Source: an uncultured Candidatus Saccharibacteria bacterium
Lineage (GTDB): Bacteria; Patescibacteriota; Saccharimonadia; CAILAD01; JADZBC01
Reading direction: 5' to 3'
NCBI GenBank assembly: GCA_964600985.1
Contig: CAZRJR010000002.1
Location: 40,867-104,866, forward strand
DNA: 64,000 bases
Shown here: positions 39,585 through 48,911 of the stretch, in pieces
Numbering within the stretch: position 1 is the stretch's first letter
How the letters are laid out: each line of letters starts with the position of its first letter
The notes under the pieces: model-generated
Seen by the model: the letters and a program-made list of their open reading frames with translations, nothing else
Told to the model about the DNA's origin: nothing
The model's database searches: none
Program-made: the position numbers and the translations under genes

Positions 39585-40877
39585 TTACTTCACAGTCACT
39601 TGGGTTTCGAAGGTTAGGGCTGGCGTTTCGAATAGGTGAGGGGCACTTACAAACCCTGTCGATGGTTGCTTAAGAACATCAAAGAAGTTCCCTGAGAGAA
39701 TGCAATTAATGGAGCCAACAATTTCGCCTTCGCGAACTACCAGAACTTCAGGAGCCGGAAGAGAGTATCTACCCAATACTGGGTTAGCGGCGTAAATACC
39801 CATAACACTAAGGACTAATAGGAATACAGGGTGCTTACCTGCGAATTCCTTATATGCTAAACCAAATTGATTATCAGAAGCTAAGCTCGGGAGAGCTTTA
39901 GCGCCATATCCAAGTTTAAGGGCTGTTTTAAGGTCACATATTGGCTCTAAAAGTCGGCCATTTTTAATGACATCAAATTTTTGCCCAAGCACACCTTGAG
40001 GACTAAAGCCAAAACTATATGTACTCATTGGCTGTGATTGGTCAAAGGACAGATTAAAGTCGTCGTGGGCAATTTGCAGGTTCTGTTTAAAGTCCCCAGG
40101 TAAGTATTTAGCTATTCCAGTATCGATGAGTGTTCCACTAATGTTACTAAGAAGGAACTTATCTAATATTGACCACCCATTATCGGAATCGATAAGAACG
40201 GGATATCTTCCGGTTTCTAGGGTTACTTTGGAGTCGAGCTTACTCACAAAACTAGCGTACAGGCTTGATTTCTCTACAAAACTCGATGGACTAAATAGTG
40301 CACGTGCAGTTGATCCGGCGCCTATCCTGTCATCATAATATGCATACAACGCTTCTTTAGTAGAAGACTGTTCAAGTTCTACTCCTTCTGAGGAAATGAG
40401 GCAGCTTTGCTGTGTGGTAAATGATACACCTCCTTCAGTTAAGTTAAGGCCTTGTGTAAGCTGTAGTTCTTGGTGCTCCTTGGTATAACTTGTAATTCTC
40501 GCAGGCTCATTATTTACGATATTGGCAATTGCTGGATCAAATAATTGAGGTGGGTTGTAGCTCTTGGGCTTGGGTGCAAAAACGGGCAGGTCTTTAGGGC
40601 TGTGGGCTCCGTTAATGATTTGCTCTAAAAGACCTTCAATTGGCATATCAAATCGTGCAGAGCCAAGACTGTACTCACCAGAGGTCAGCTTGACCAAGTA
40701 ATCTATTCCCGAAATATCCACATTCCTTACAGGACGGTAAATACCACCATAATTTTCATTGATAAATCCACTTTTTAACTCATGGGTGCTTGTCGCATGA
40801 ACTTGAAAGCTATCGATGGAGGGATGTCTCTTTAGTGCACCAATTATTACGTCTTCAAGATAAGCGCGGTCTATCAT
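39585..40877 (-). CDS. TldE/PmbA family protein
   Basis: TGRYPVLI, GFSPQGV..VIKNGRL, G.YSL, LSGNFFDVLK; overlaps the tldD stop. Confidence 0.8.
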   Translation of the reverse strand: MIDRAYLEDVIIGALKRHPSIDSFQVHATSTHELKSGFINENYGGIYRPVRNVDISGIDYLVKLTSGEYSLGSARFDMPIEGLLEQIINGAHSPKDLPVFAPKPKSYNPPQLFDPAIANIVNNEPARITSYTKEHQELQLTQGLNLTEGGVSFTTQQSCLISSEGVELEQSSTKEALYAYYDDRIGAGSTARALFSPSSFVEKSSLYASFVSKLDSKVTLETGRYPVLIDSDNGWSILDKFLLSNISGTLIDTGIAKYLPGDFKQNLQIAHDDFNLSFDQSQPMSTYSFGFSPQGVLGQKFDVIKNGRLLEPICDLKTALKLGYGAKALPSLASDNQFGLAYKEFAGKHPVFLLVLSVMGIYAANPVLGRYSLPAPEVLVVREGEIVGSINCILSGNFFDVLKQPSTGFVSAPHLFETPALTFETQVTVK

Positions 40878-42376
40878 GCTATACTCACGTGTTTAGTTGG
40901 CCCAAAGAAGACCAGTTCGTGTCCGCCATCACTTACATATGCGACTTGGCCTGCCTTACCACAATTCCCAAAATCATCGGTTTGAAGCTCTCCTACGCCG
41001 AATTCAATTGCCTTGAGTGCCTCAAGGACACTACCGCTAAATGACATTGGTTGCTTTGGCGTTACCTTGTCTGCAGTTAATTCATAGGTGTATCCAGCAC
41101 CAAACATAAAGTCACCTGTTTTAGCAGCAACTTGGCCTGCTCGAAAACCAATAAGATAGTAGATCTTTGGGTGTCGATCAAAAATACCCTTCTCTTTTAA
41201 AAGTCCCCATACTTTTGTTGGGTCGCTTGATGGAAGCTTTTCGGCAATCAATAAATCTTTGTGAAGTTCAATATATGTAGTGGACATTCGAGGAATTGCT
41301 ACTGCACCATAGTGCTCGCTTCTCTCGGCATTCTTATTGGCCACACCAATTTTCTTACCCGTAAAGATATCACTAATAGACTCCTTCAGGATGCCATCTT
41401 CAATAATCGTGATTGCTTTTCGTTGGTTCCCGAAAGCTCCGTAAGGATGGTAGCCATGGTTAAGCCCTTCTTCGTGATCGCGAATGGTAACCCCACGGGC
41501 TGCAACTTGTTTGCCAATCAACATTTTATTATCCTTACTACCGAGTACACTGGCGTTTTCCGCGATAGCATCAGATTCTGCTGGGTGGCCGAGAGCCTCG
41601 TGAACAAGGGTTCCAGCAAGGTTTCCAGCGACCAAGACAGGTAAGTTGCCTCCCTCTGCAGCACTTGCATCTAGTTGCTCTTCGGCAAGGAGCAATTCCT
41701 GGTCGATGAGTTGTTTTGCCTTATCTATATCACTTAGCAAATCTTTTGCTAATGGACGAAAGAGTGATATGTGAGCTGTTGTAGATTTTTCTCCTTTGCG
41801 GATGGTAAATATCACGCCTCCTCGAGTATAGGGTATAGCGAAGTCGACATCGGTGTTATCACTTCTGACAATCCTCCACTGTACTTGCTCGGATGTAAAC
41901 GTAACCATTGGTTTAGCATCTGGCCTTTTTGATAATACGTATTTTTCAAGTTCATGGGCAAAAGATTCGATTTCCGATTGTTTTATTGAGGCAGGGTCTT
42001 GGACTACATAGTGCAGATCATCTTCGCCTAAATTGTCCTGGTAGGCAAGCTCAAATATCTCCTTTGCAGTATCTGCTCCTTTTTCTTCATTTGATCGAGC
42101 AACCTTAGCGGTGTCCTGTAATAATTTACTTACGGTTGCTACATCTAGCTTATTTGTGGCACCAAAGCCTAGGTGGCCGCTCTTTGTAAAACAGTATAGT
42201 CCTGCCCCGCTAATATCACTCTGGTTTACATCGTACACAGCACCACCTTGCCAGCGGAAGGTGTATTTGCTGGTGCTGTTGAGGCGCAGAACGGTGTAAA
42301 CGTCCATTTTTTTTGCACCTTCAAGCGCAGCTTTGACTATTGCATCATATTCGCGGAGGAGTTTAGACTTACTCAT
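40874..42376 (-). CDS. tldD: TldD family metalloprotease
   Basis: AGTLVHEALGHPAESD, IPRMSTTYI, CGKAGQ..VSDGG. Confidence 0.9.
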   Translation of the reverse strand: MSKSKLLREYDAIVKAALEGAKKMDVYTVLRLNSTSKYTFRWQGGAVYDVNQSDISGAGLYCFTKSGHLGFGATNKLDVATVSKLLQDTAKVARSNEEKGADTAKEIFELAYQDNLGEDDLHYVVQDPASIKQSEIESFAHELEKYVLSKRPDAKPMVTFTSEQVQWRIVRSDNTDVDFAIPYTRGGVIFTIRKGEKSTTAHISLFRPLAKDLLSDIDKAKQLIDQELLLAEEQLDASAAEGGNLPVLVAGNLAGTLVHEALGHPAESDAIAENASVLGSKDNKMLIGKQVAARGVTIRDHEEGLNHGYHPYGAFGNQRKAITIIEDGILKESISDIFTGKKIGVANKNAERSEHYGAVAIPRMSTTYIELHKDLLIAEKLPSSDPTKVWGLLKEKGIFDRHPKIYYLIGFRAGQVAAKTGDFMFGAGYTYELTADKVTPKQPMSFSGSVLEALKAIEFGVGELQTDDFGNCGKAGQVAYVSDGGHELVFFGPTKHVSIA

Positions 42377-42420
42377 ACCCTCATTATACGCTAGATCTCG
42401 TATTATCTAAGCATAAGCCC

Positions 42421-42975
42421 CTAACTTAACTTCTTCTGTAATTCCGTGAGGTCTTTTAGACTGCGTGCCAATTCTTTGCTCAATTCGTCGTGTTTGAATT
42501 TGCCCGAGTCGTCGATGTGTTCATGGGCAGCAGGAATCACAATATTGTGTGCAAGTTGCATGAGTTTAACCTGGGAGAGCACTGGCTTAAGCTGCTCTAC
42601 GCCGCGAATTCCGGCATGTGGCGTCATAGAGTATCCGGCCAGTAGTACTGGCTTGCCGTGCCACTGCGCACCAAGCCAGTCAATGGCATTTTTGACCGCT
42701 GCCGAGTAGCCGTGGTTGTATTCGGGGGTTAGAATCACGTAAGCATCGCCCTCGGAGATTTTTTGCGCCCACCTTCGTCCCGTGTCGTTCTTATAATTAC
42801 CATTCGCCATGAGTGGCGGCATGGCTTCGTTGTATAAGGGGAGGGGCCAGTCATGCAGGTCGAGTAGTTCTGGCTCAATGCCATCTATTTTGCTGGCTTC
42901 ACGCTCTATCCATTGCCCAACTTTGCTGCCCAAGCTACCTTCGCGGACTGAACCAGTTATGATTTGTAACTTCAT
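42421..42975 (-). CDS. NADPH-dependent FMN reductase
   Basis: GSVREGS, TPEYNHGYSAAVKNAIDW. Confidence 0.93.
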   Translation of the reverse strand: MKLQIITGSVREGSLGSKVGQWIEREASKIDGIEPELLDLHDWPLPLYNEAMPPLMANGNYKNDTGRRWAQKISEGDAYVILTPEYNHGYSAAVKNAIDWLGAQWHGKPVLLAGYSMTPHAGIRGVEQLKPVLSQVKLMQLAHNIVIPAAHEHIDDSGKFKHDELSKELARSLKDLTELQKKLS

Positions 42976-43093
42976 GCTCTTCTTTCTCCTAACTATAAAT
43001 TGTATAGTATTGAGTATATGTTTAATACTACAAAAAGTAAAGTAGTTACATAGTGTATAGTATTATGCTATACCTTTGTGGTAGAATAATGGC

Positions 43094-43438
43094 ATGAAGA
43101 CATTAACTAGAAGCAACAAGGCCTCAGTCCCTTCTGCTAAAGATTATGCCAACTGCGGCTTGGCTAAAACCCTAAAGATCATTGGCAGTAAGTGGACGCT
43201 CATGATTCTGTATAGCTTGTTCGAGGGGACTAAGCGCTTTGGCGAGTTGCAGGACTCGCTTGGCCTCAGTCCGCGTACCTTGGCCTTGCGGCTACAGCAG
43301 CTCGAGCAAGATGGAATTATAACTAAGAAGGCGTATGCCGAGGTGCCGCCGCGCGTAGAGTACTCGCTCACCGAAAAAGGTCGCTCACTCCATAAGGTAA
43401 TCAAAGATCTCAGCGCCTGGGGCGATACGCGCTGCTAG
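43094..43438 (+). CDS. HxlR family transcriptional regulator
   Basis: IIGSKWTLMIL, KRFGELQ, YAEVPPRVEYSLTEKG. Confidence 0.93.
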   Translation: MKTLTRSNKASVPSAKDYANCGLAKTLKIIGSKWTLMILYSLFEGTKRFGELQDSLGLSPRTLALRLQQLEQDGIITKKAYAEVPPRVEYSLTEKGRSLHKVIKDLSAWGDTRC

Positions 43439-43547
43439 CCCGAATTCTGTAGTTATTTACCACCACAAAGCTGAATTATAAAGCTCAATTCGGCTCTCTG
43501 GTGGTGCTTGAACCTGAGTCCGACGACCCAAGTTCAAGCGAGCACCC

Positions 43548-43835
43548 TCACTGGCCACTGCCGGGGCACTTTGGCCCACGGCGTGGTGGCGCGTGCTCGG
43601 CGCGCGGCGGCAGCTCTTTCCAGTGGTCTGGGATCTTGGGCGCGAAGGGCTCCGTGCTGAGCGGGCCTTCGTGCACCAAGATGAAGTGAGCTTCGCAGCC
43701 TGGGTGCGGGCAGTCACGCTCCAGTACTGCAACCGGCCTGAACCAACACGCCGTAGACGGACTGTGGCCTTTTGGCAACACACAGCGTCTGCCACTAGAG
43801 CCGAGGGGAAAACCACATTGCTCATTCTCTGTCAC
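43548..43835 (-). CDS. Cys/His-rich hypothetical protein
   Basis: GC-rich ORF with AGGAG RBS; C..RCVLPKGH, CPHPGC, H..CPGSG. Confidence 0.45.
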   Translation of the reverse strand: MTENEQCGFPLGSSGRRCVLPKGHSPSTACWFRPVAVLERDCPHPGCEAHFILVHEGPLSTEPFAPKIPDHWKELPPRAEHAPPRRGPKCPGSGQ

Positions 43836-43837
43836 TA

Positions 43838-43957
43838 TTAGACTCCTGTCTCTTTCTTCGAGTCATCAGGATTGGTCCTATTACTCGTTCTTACGCGCAT
43901 CGCGATGATGGTAAGAATAGTCGTACCAACCAAGACGGCAGCGATTGCATAGGGCAC
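43838..43957 (-). CDS. Putative small membrane peptide (39 aa)
   Basis: MPYAIAAVLVGTTILTIIAMRVRTSNRTNPDDSKKETGV, ends 2 nt before next start. Confidence 0.35.
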   Translation of the reverse strand: MPYAIAAVLVGTTILTIIAMRVRTSNRTNPDDSKKETGV

Positions 43958-44058
43958 TTCGTTAAGCGTAACACCTTCTTTCAAGGGTCGGGTGGACAGA
44001 TCTGGAGGGACTCAGATCGCTGCAGGTATTATAGGAAAGTAAGACGCAGAAAACTAGC

Positions 44059-44460
44059 TTAGGTATTTTTGGGCATACCCTCGAAGTCGAGAGCACAGGA
44101 GTTAATGCAAAAGCGCTGGCCGGTTGTGTTGCGTGGTCCGTCGTTAAAGACGTGCCCCAAGTGGGCTCCGCAATTGCTGCAGACTACCTCGGTGCGGTGC
44201 ATACCATGTGAATCGTCGGCAATTTGTTTGGTGGTGCCGGGTAGTGCCTGGTCAAAGCTAGGCCAACCAGAATGTGAGTTGAACTTGGCACTGGAAGCAA
44301 AAAGTTGCTGCCCACACACCACGCAGTTATACATGCCGTGCTCGTGGTGATGAACATACTTGCCACTGAATGGTGCTTCGGTAGCCTTGTGCTGGGTAAC
44401 TTGGTAAGCTTCGGAACTAAGTTTGTGCTTTAGGTCACTTGAGTCGGTTATGTCGCTCAT
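44059..44460 (-). CDS. msrB: Peptide-methionine (R)-S-oxide reductase
   Basis: TEAPFSG, SGWPSF, HLGHVFNDGP, RFCINS. Confidence 0.97.
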   Translation of the reverse strand: MSDITDSSDLKHKLSSEAYQVTQHKATEAPFSGKYVHHHEHGMYNCVVCGQQLFASSAKFNSHSGWPSFDQALPGTTKQIADDSHGMHRTEVVCSNCGAHLGHVFNDGPRNTTGQRFCINSCALDFEGMPKNT

Positions 44461-44517
44461 GGTTTATTCTCGATTGGTATTATTGTAACATGTGGGTGAT
44501 AAGTGTAGGAGACTCTA

Positions 44518-45642
44518 ATGGCAGCGGATACGAAGGCACAAATTAAGGTGCTGATTCGTCCCACGGGGGTTGGTATAAACGGCAAGAACCCTTGGGATAT
44601 TGCAGTACACAACGAGAAGTTCTACGATCGGGCGCTGGCTGGTGGTTCGCTCGGCCTGGGTGAGGCATATATGGATGGCTGGTGGACGAGTAAGGACCTA
44701 GAAGAAACGATTTATAGGCTGATATCGGCAGGAATAGATAGAAAGGTGCGCCCCAATTTAGTGTTGGCGCGCCACTATGTGGCAGCCTCGCTACGCAATC
44801 ACCAGTCGGTACGGCGGGCCAAGCGCAACGCCCAGGCGCACTACGACATTGGCAATGACCTCTACGAACCCATGCTCGGAGCAAGTATGGCTTATAGTTG
44901 CGGTTACTGGAAGAACGCCAAGACGTTGGACGAAGCACAAGAAGCCAAATACGAGCTCATTTGCCAGAAGTTGAAGCTCAAACGCGGCATGCGAGTACTC
45001 GACATTGGCTGTGGATGGGGTGGCCTGGCAATGTATATGGCACGCAAATACAAAGTCGAGGTTACCGGTGTAACCCCGGCGCGCGAACAGGCCAGCTACG
45101 TACGCGAGCATGCCAAAGGACTCGCGGTAAAGGTGTTGGAGCAAGATTATCGCGAGGTGAAGGTACGGCAAAAGTTTGATCGCGTAGTGTCGGTCGGCAT
45201 GGCCGAGCACATTGGCCCCAAGAACCTACCAAGCTACTTCGCCAAGGTCGACGAAGTTATGAAGAACGACGGCATATTCCTCCTTCACACCATTGGGAAT
45301 AACCGCACTACTCGTACCAATGAACCTTGGATGAATAAGTACATTTTCCCGGGTGCCGTGCTGCCATCGATGGCAAGTGTAGCTCGTGCTTGCGAAGGCG
45401 GCTTTGTAATTGAGGACATGCATAACTTCGGTCCGGATTATGAAAAAACGTTGCTGGCTTGGTACAGGAACTTCAAGAAAGCTTGGCCAAGCTTGGAGGA
45501 GAAGTACGGCGAGCGGTTTTATAGAATGTGGGAATTCTACCTACTGTCGTGCGCTGCGGCTTTCAAGGCTCGCCATATACAGCTGTGGCAGTTTGTAATT
45601 ACTAAGCCTGGTGGCCAGGCTCGTTACGACTCAGTCCGCTAG
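44518..45642 (+). CDS. cfa: Cyclopropane-fatty-acyl-phospholipid synthase
   Basis: GLGEAYMDGWW, HYDIGNDLY, YSCGYW, VLDIGCGWGG, YIFPG, RMWEFYL. Confidence 0.95.
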   Translation: MAADTKAQIKVLIRPTGVGINGKNPWDIAVHNEKFYDRALAGGSLGLGEAYMDGWWTSKDLEETIYRLISAGIDRKVRPNLVLARHYVAASLRNHQSVRRAKRNAQAHYDIGNDLYEPMLGASMAYSCGYWKNAKTLDEAQEAKYELICQKLKLKRGMRVLDIGCGWGGLAMYMARKYKVEVTGVTPAREQASYVREHAKGLAVKVLEQDYREVKVRQKFDRVVSVGMAEHIGPKNLPSYFAKVDEVMKNDGIFLLHTIGNNRTTRTNEPWMNKYIFPGAVLPSMASVARACEGGFVIEDMHNFGPDYEKTLLAWYRNFKKAWPSLEEKYGERFYRMWEFYLLSCAAAFKARHIQLWQFVITKPGGQARYDSVR

Positions 45643-45698
45643 GCTTTACCCAACTCGCTTATGTTATAATCAGCTTGAATAACTAAGCGAGGAATTCT

Positions 45699-46469
45699 AT
45701 GGCCACCAAGAAGATTACTAAGGCAGGTTTGCGTACGTTTAATCTGAAAATGGCAGGTCTGCACGCTGTGCAGGCGGTGGCAATCTTGCTCCTCGCCAAG
45801 GACTTTACTCTGCCGGTTACTACAAGTTTCCTAACCTTTAGCAGAGTCAGCAAAAGCCTCGAACCAGCTACAAAAACATTGTTTAATGTACCGTTGGCTT
45901 GGTTAATAGTGGCATTCTTGGCACTTTCTGCAACTGCCCACTTAGTTATCGCAACCGTCTATAATAAGCGCTACAACCAAGGCTTGAGTAAGGGTATTAA
46001 CCAGGCTCGATGGATCGAATACTCACTTTCTGCCAGTACTATGATGGTGGCAATTGCACTCTTAGTCGGCATTTATGACCTCTCGCTCCTGATTGGTATA
46101 TTCGCTCTCGTAGCGTTCATGAACCTTATGGGGCTGGTTATGGAGGTACACAACCAAACTACCGAAAAGACCAATTGGTTGAGTTATATAATTGGCTGCA
46201 TTGCCGGCATAGTGCCTTGGGTGATCGTGGGGTTATCGTTTTGGGGTAGCGCCACGTATGGTAGTGGTAACATTCCTGCATTCGTGTATTGGATTTATGT
46301 GTCCATTTTCATCTTCTTTAACTGCTTCGCGATCAATATGCTCTTGCAGTATTTAAAAGTAGGGAAGTGGAAGGACTATATGTACGGAGAACGTATGTAT
46401 ATCGTCTTGAGCCTGGTGGCTAAGTCCGCTCTGGCTTGGCAAGTGTTCTTTGGTACCCTAAGGCCATAA
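45699..46469 (+). CDS. Heliorhodopsin
   Basis: LHAVQA, AHL, NQARWIEYSLSASTMM, GERMYIVLSLVAKSALAWQVF (Schiff-base Lys). Confidence 0.95.
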   Translation: MATKKITKAGLRTFNLKMAGLHAVQAVAILLLAKDFTLPVTTSFLTFSRVSKSLEPATKTLFNVPLAWLIVAFLALSATAHLVIATVYNKRYNQGLSKGINQARWIEYSLSASTMMVAIALLVGIYDLSLLIGIFALVAFMNLMGLVMEVHNQTTEKTNWLSYIIGCIAGIVPWVIVGLSFWGSATYGSGNIPAFVYWIYVSIFIFFNCFAINMLLQYLKVGKWKDYMYGERMYIVLSLVAKSALAWQVFFGTLRP

Positions 46470-46472
46470 ACT

Positions 46473-46724
46473 ATGACGTATAAGGGCCACAAGCACCACG
46501 AACATGTCTACCGGTCAGCTGCAAAGGCTGTCAGTTATCGAGTAGTAATATCTATCCAGCTGTTTGTCATTACATGGCTAGTGACCGGCAGTGTACAGAG
46601 CGCACTGCAACTAACTGGCTGGACGGCTGTGGTGAGTACACTTGTGTATTATCTTCACGAACGAGTTTGGGCCCATATTGCGTGGGGCAGAACCAAGCCA
46701 AGCTATAGTAAGGGCAACAAATAG
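46473..46724 (+). CDS. DUF2061 domain protein
   Basis: RSAAKAVSYR...YYLHERVWAHIAWG. Confidence 0.88.
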   Translation: MTYKGHKHHEHVYRSAAKAVSYRVVISIQLFVITWLVTGSVQSALQLTGWTAVVSTLVYYLHERVWAHIAWGRTKPSYSKGNK

Positions 46725-46730
46725 TATGAG

Positions 46731-47090
46731 TTAACCGAGGGGTTCGTCGTTGGAATTCTTGGGCTTCTTGCTGGCCGACTTGGGCGTAATTGCTACGGCC
46801 AGAACACCTATGCCTATGAGCAAGAACAGTGCGCCGCCAAGTGCAGAGTTGTTGGCATAGAGGCCTAAGTTTCGAGCTAAAAGTAAAGCGCCTACTCCAA
46901 TCATGCCAAAAGGAATGGCCGAGCGCCCTTTGCCAGCCGACAGCGCACCGGCAAATATCAGTAGAGCGGGCCACCAAGGGCCAACATCGAAGTTAAGTTT
47001 GAGCATATGCAGTGCGCTAATTAAAATTGCGAAACCAAAAGCGATGATCACGAGGCCGAAGATGATACTAGAGTTACGATTGTCATCCAT
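46731..47090 (-). CDS. LiaF/DUF5668-like membrane protein
   Basis: IIFGLVII, WWPALLIFAG; four TM segments. Confidence 0.6.
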   Translation of the reverse strand: MDDNRNSSIIFGLVIIAFGFAILISALHMLKLNFDVGPWWPALLIFAGALSAGKGRSAIPFGMIGVGALLLARNLGLYANNSALGGALFLLIGIGVLAVAITPKSASKKPKNSNDEPLG

Positions 47091-47217
47091 ACCTTTATTA
47101 TCTACCTGGCGCGCACAATTGCAAGCGGATGGCATGGCGTGATAGTGCAATCTGCTTGACAGTTACGCCTTCGCGCCTACAATTGAGGGTAAGGTAATAA
47201 TAAGGTAAGGAGTAATT

Positions 47218-47763
47218 ATGAATAGTTCAGACACATTAAAAGCTAATTGGTGGATGCTCACCGTACGTGGTGTGGCACTTTTGTTATTCGGCTTAGTAGC
47301 CGTGTTTTGGCCAGGCCTTACGCTTGTAACGTTCGTATACTTATTTAGCGCATTCTTGCTTGTAAGCGGTTTAGTAGGGGTAATTACAGCACTTGTTTCA
47401 ATTGGTAACAAAGGCTGGTTTGTGGGCTTGCTCATGGGGCTTTTGGAGTTAGGCGTGGGCTTGTACTTGGTTCGCCACCCATTGGTTTCGTTTGCCACAC
47501 TAATTCTACTGCTCGGCCTTAGCTTTATTGTTCGCGGCGTAATCGAAGTGGTATCGGCTCTATCTGGTAATGACATGGCAACCAGTAAGACCCTTGCCAT
47601 TATTGGTGGCCTCTTGGGTGTCATCGTAGGGGTCATGGTGCTTAACCAGCCAGCTGCCAGTGGTGTAGTGTTTGTATGGTTGGTTGGCTTGTACGCACTA
47701 CTCATGGGACCGGTGGTAATCGCACTCTCGCTCGACGCTAAAAAACTTGCTTCTGCCAAGTAA
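47218..47763 (+). CDS. HdeD/DUF308 family membrane protein
   Basis: WWMLTVRGVALLLFGL..FWPG; six TM. Confidence 0.88.
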   Translation: MNSSDTLKANWWMLTVRGVALLLFGLVAVFWPGLTLVTFVYLFSAFLLVSGLVGVITALVSIGNKGWFVGLLMGLLELGVGLYLVRHPLVSFATLILLLGLSFIVRGVIEVVSALSGNDMATSKTLAIIGGLLGVIVGVMVLNQPAASGVVFVWLVGLYALLMGPVVIALSLDAKKLASAK

Positions 47764-47780
47764 GTAGCTTAAGGCTAAGA

Positions 47781-48908
47781 TTGGCTAAGCAGACGAACAC
47801 ATCGGCGGCGGGCTTAAAAGCGAGCGTAGCAACTCCGTGGCCCGCGGAGGATCAAGCGCTTAAAGCGCTCATGGTGGTTGCGCCCGGTGTGTTTGTCGTT
47901 ACATTGCTCATAAGTCGGTTCGTGCTAGGGGTAGACACACTGCCAATTATCGGCCGACCATCGATGTCGATCTTCATCTCGCTTATAAGTAGCTTGCTTG
48001 CCCTTGGGCTGTTCGTGGCGCTGTATTCACGCGCAGTTAGTAAGACTGATCCGTATAGTTACTTGGCTACCGCTCGGTTGCCTATGCGCTGGTTTGACGC
48101 ATTGAGTTTGGGCATCGTATACGCGTTAATTGTATTCATACTAACGGCACTGGCTGGACGGGTAATGGCAGCTTCGTTCGAAGGCTTGCAGTTCGATATA
48201 TATACCGCCTCAATCCTCATGGGTGTTACATGTGGGCTCGTGGCATATGGTGTGGTTCGTACGGTGACTAACATTGACAGTAGGCAAATCGTGAGTGTGC
48301 TCGCGCTGTTCTTGGTCGGTGGTGTAACCCTGAGTATGCTTACGGCTCAGAACCCATTGTGGTGGGAGGCTAACTTTAGCACCCTTGGCCAGGCTACTCA
48401 GCGCGGCACGGCCTCGTTTTATGCATTTAACTTAACACTTATCTTTTCGGCGTTAGCGATTATTGTGCTGGCGCGCCATTTGTATGCCGACATGCAAGCG
48501 CTCATGAAAGAGGGATCACTTATAGGGGTGAGTAGAACGAACGCTGTTAAGACTATCTTCGTAGTGGCAGCCTTGGGCCTTGGTGGGGTGGGGCTGTTCT
48601 TTTATAAGCCGGATTCTCTTCAAGGCACGCTGCACGTCTTTTCGGCTGGCTTGGTAGCGCTGGCCTTTGGCGCTCTTATGATTCTGCTCAAGTGGCTACT
48701 ACCTGGGCTGTCGCATACGTTTATGACTATATCTTATATAGCATTAGCAGCCTTGGTGGGTGCCTACATTCTGTATATGGTACTCGGGTATTTGAGTCTA
48801 ACGGCTTTCGAGCTTAGCTGCTTTGGTATATGCTTCGGCTGGCTGTACCTCTTTACTCAACAGATCGCCCAGGAGAGAAGTGGTATAATGAAGGTGAAGG
48901 AGAACTAA
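47781..48908 (+). CDS. DUF998-like polytopic membrane protein
   Basis: WWEANFSTLG, AFNLTLIFS, GVGLF, LH; many TMs. Confidence 0.6.
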   Translation: MAKQTNTSAAGLKASVATPWPAEDQALKALMVVAPGVFVVTLLISRFVLGVDTLPIIGRPSMSIFISLISSLLALGLFVALYSRAVSKTDPYSYLATARLPMRWFDALSLGIVYALIVFILTALAGRVMAASFEGLQFDIYTASILMGVTCGLVAYGVVRTVTNIDSRQIVSVLALFLVGGVTLSMLTAQNPLWWEANFSTLGQATQRGTASFYAFNLTLIFSALAIIVLARHLYADMQALMKEGSLIGVSRTNAVKTIFVVAALGLGGVGLFFYKPDSLQGTLHVFSAGLVALAFGALMILLKWLLPGLSHTFMTISYIALAALVGAYILYMVLGYLSLTAFELSCFGICFGWLYLFTQQIAQERSGIMKVKEN

Positions 48909-48911
48909 GCC

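Noticed and set aside
43845-43880. Minus-strand CTGATGA followed by a short stem
   Set aside because: Lacks the GAAA core and stems I/III; lies inside a small ORF. Other CTGATGA hits (e.g. ~30904, ~20247) fail likewise.
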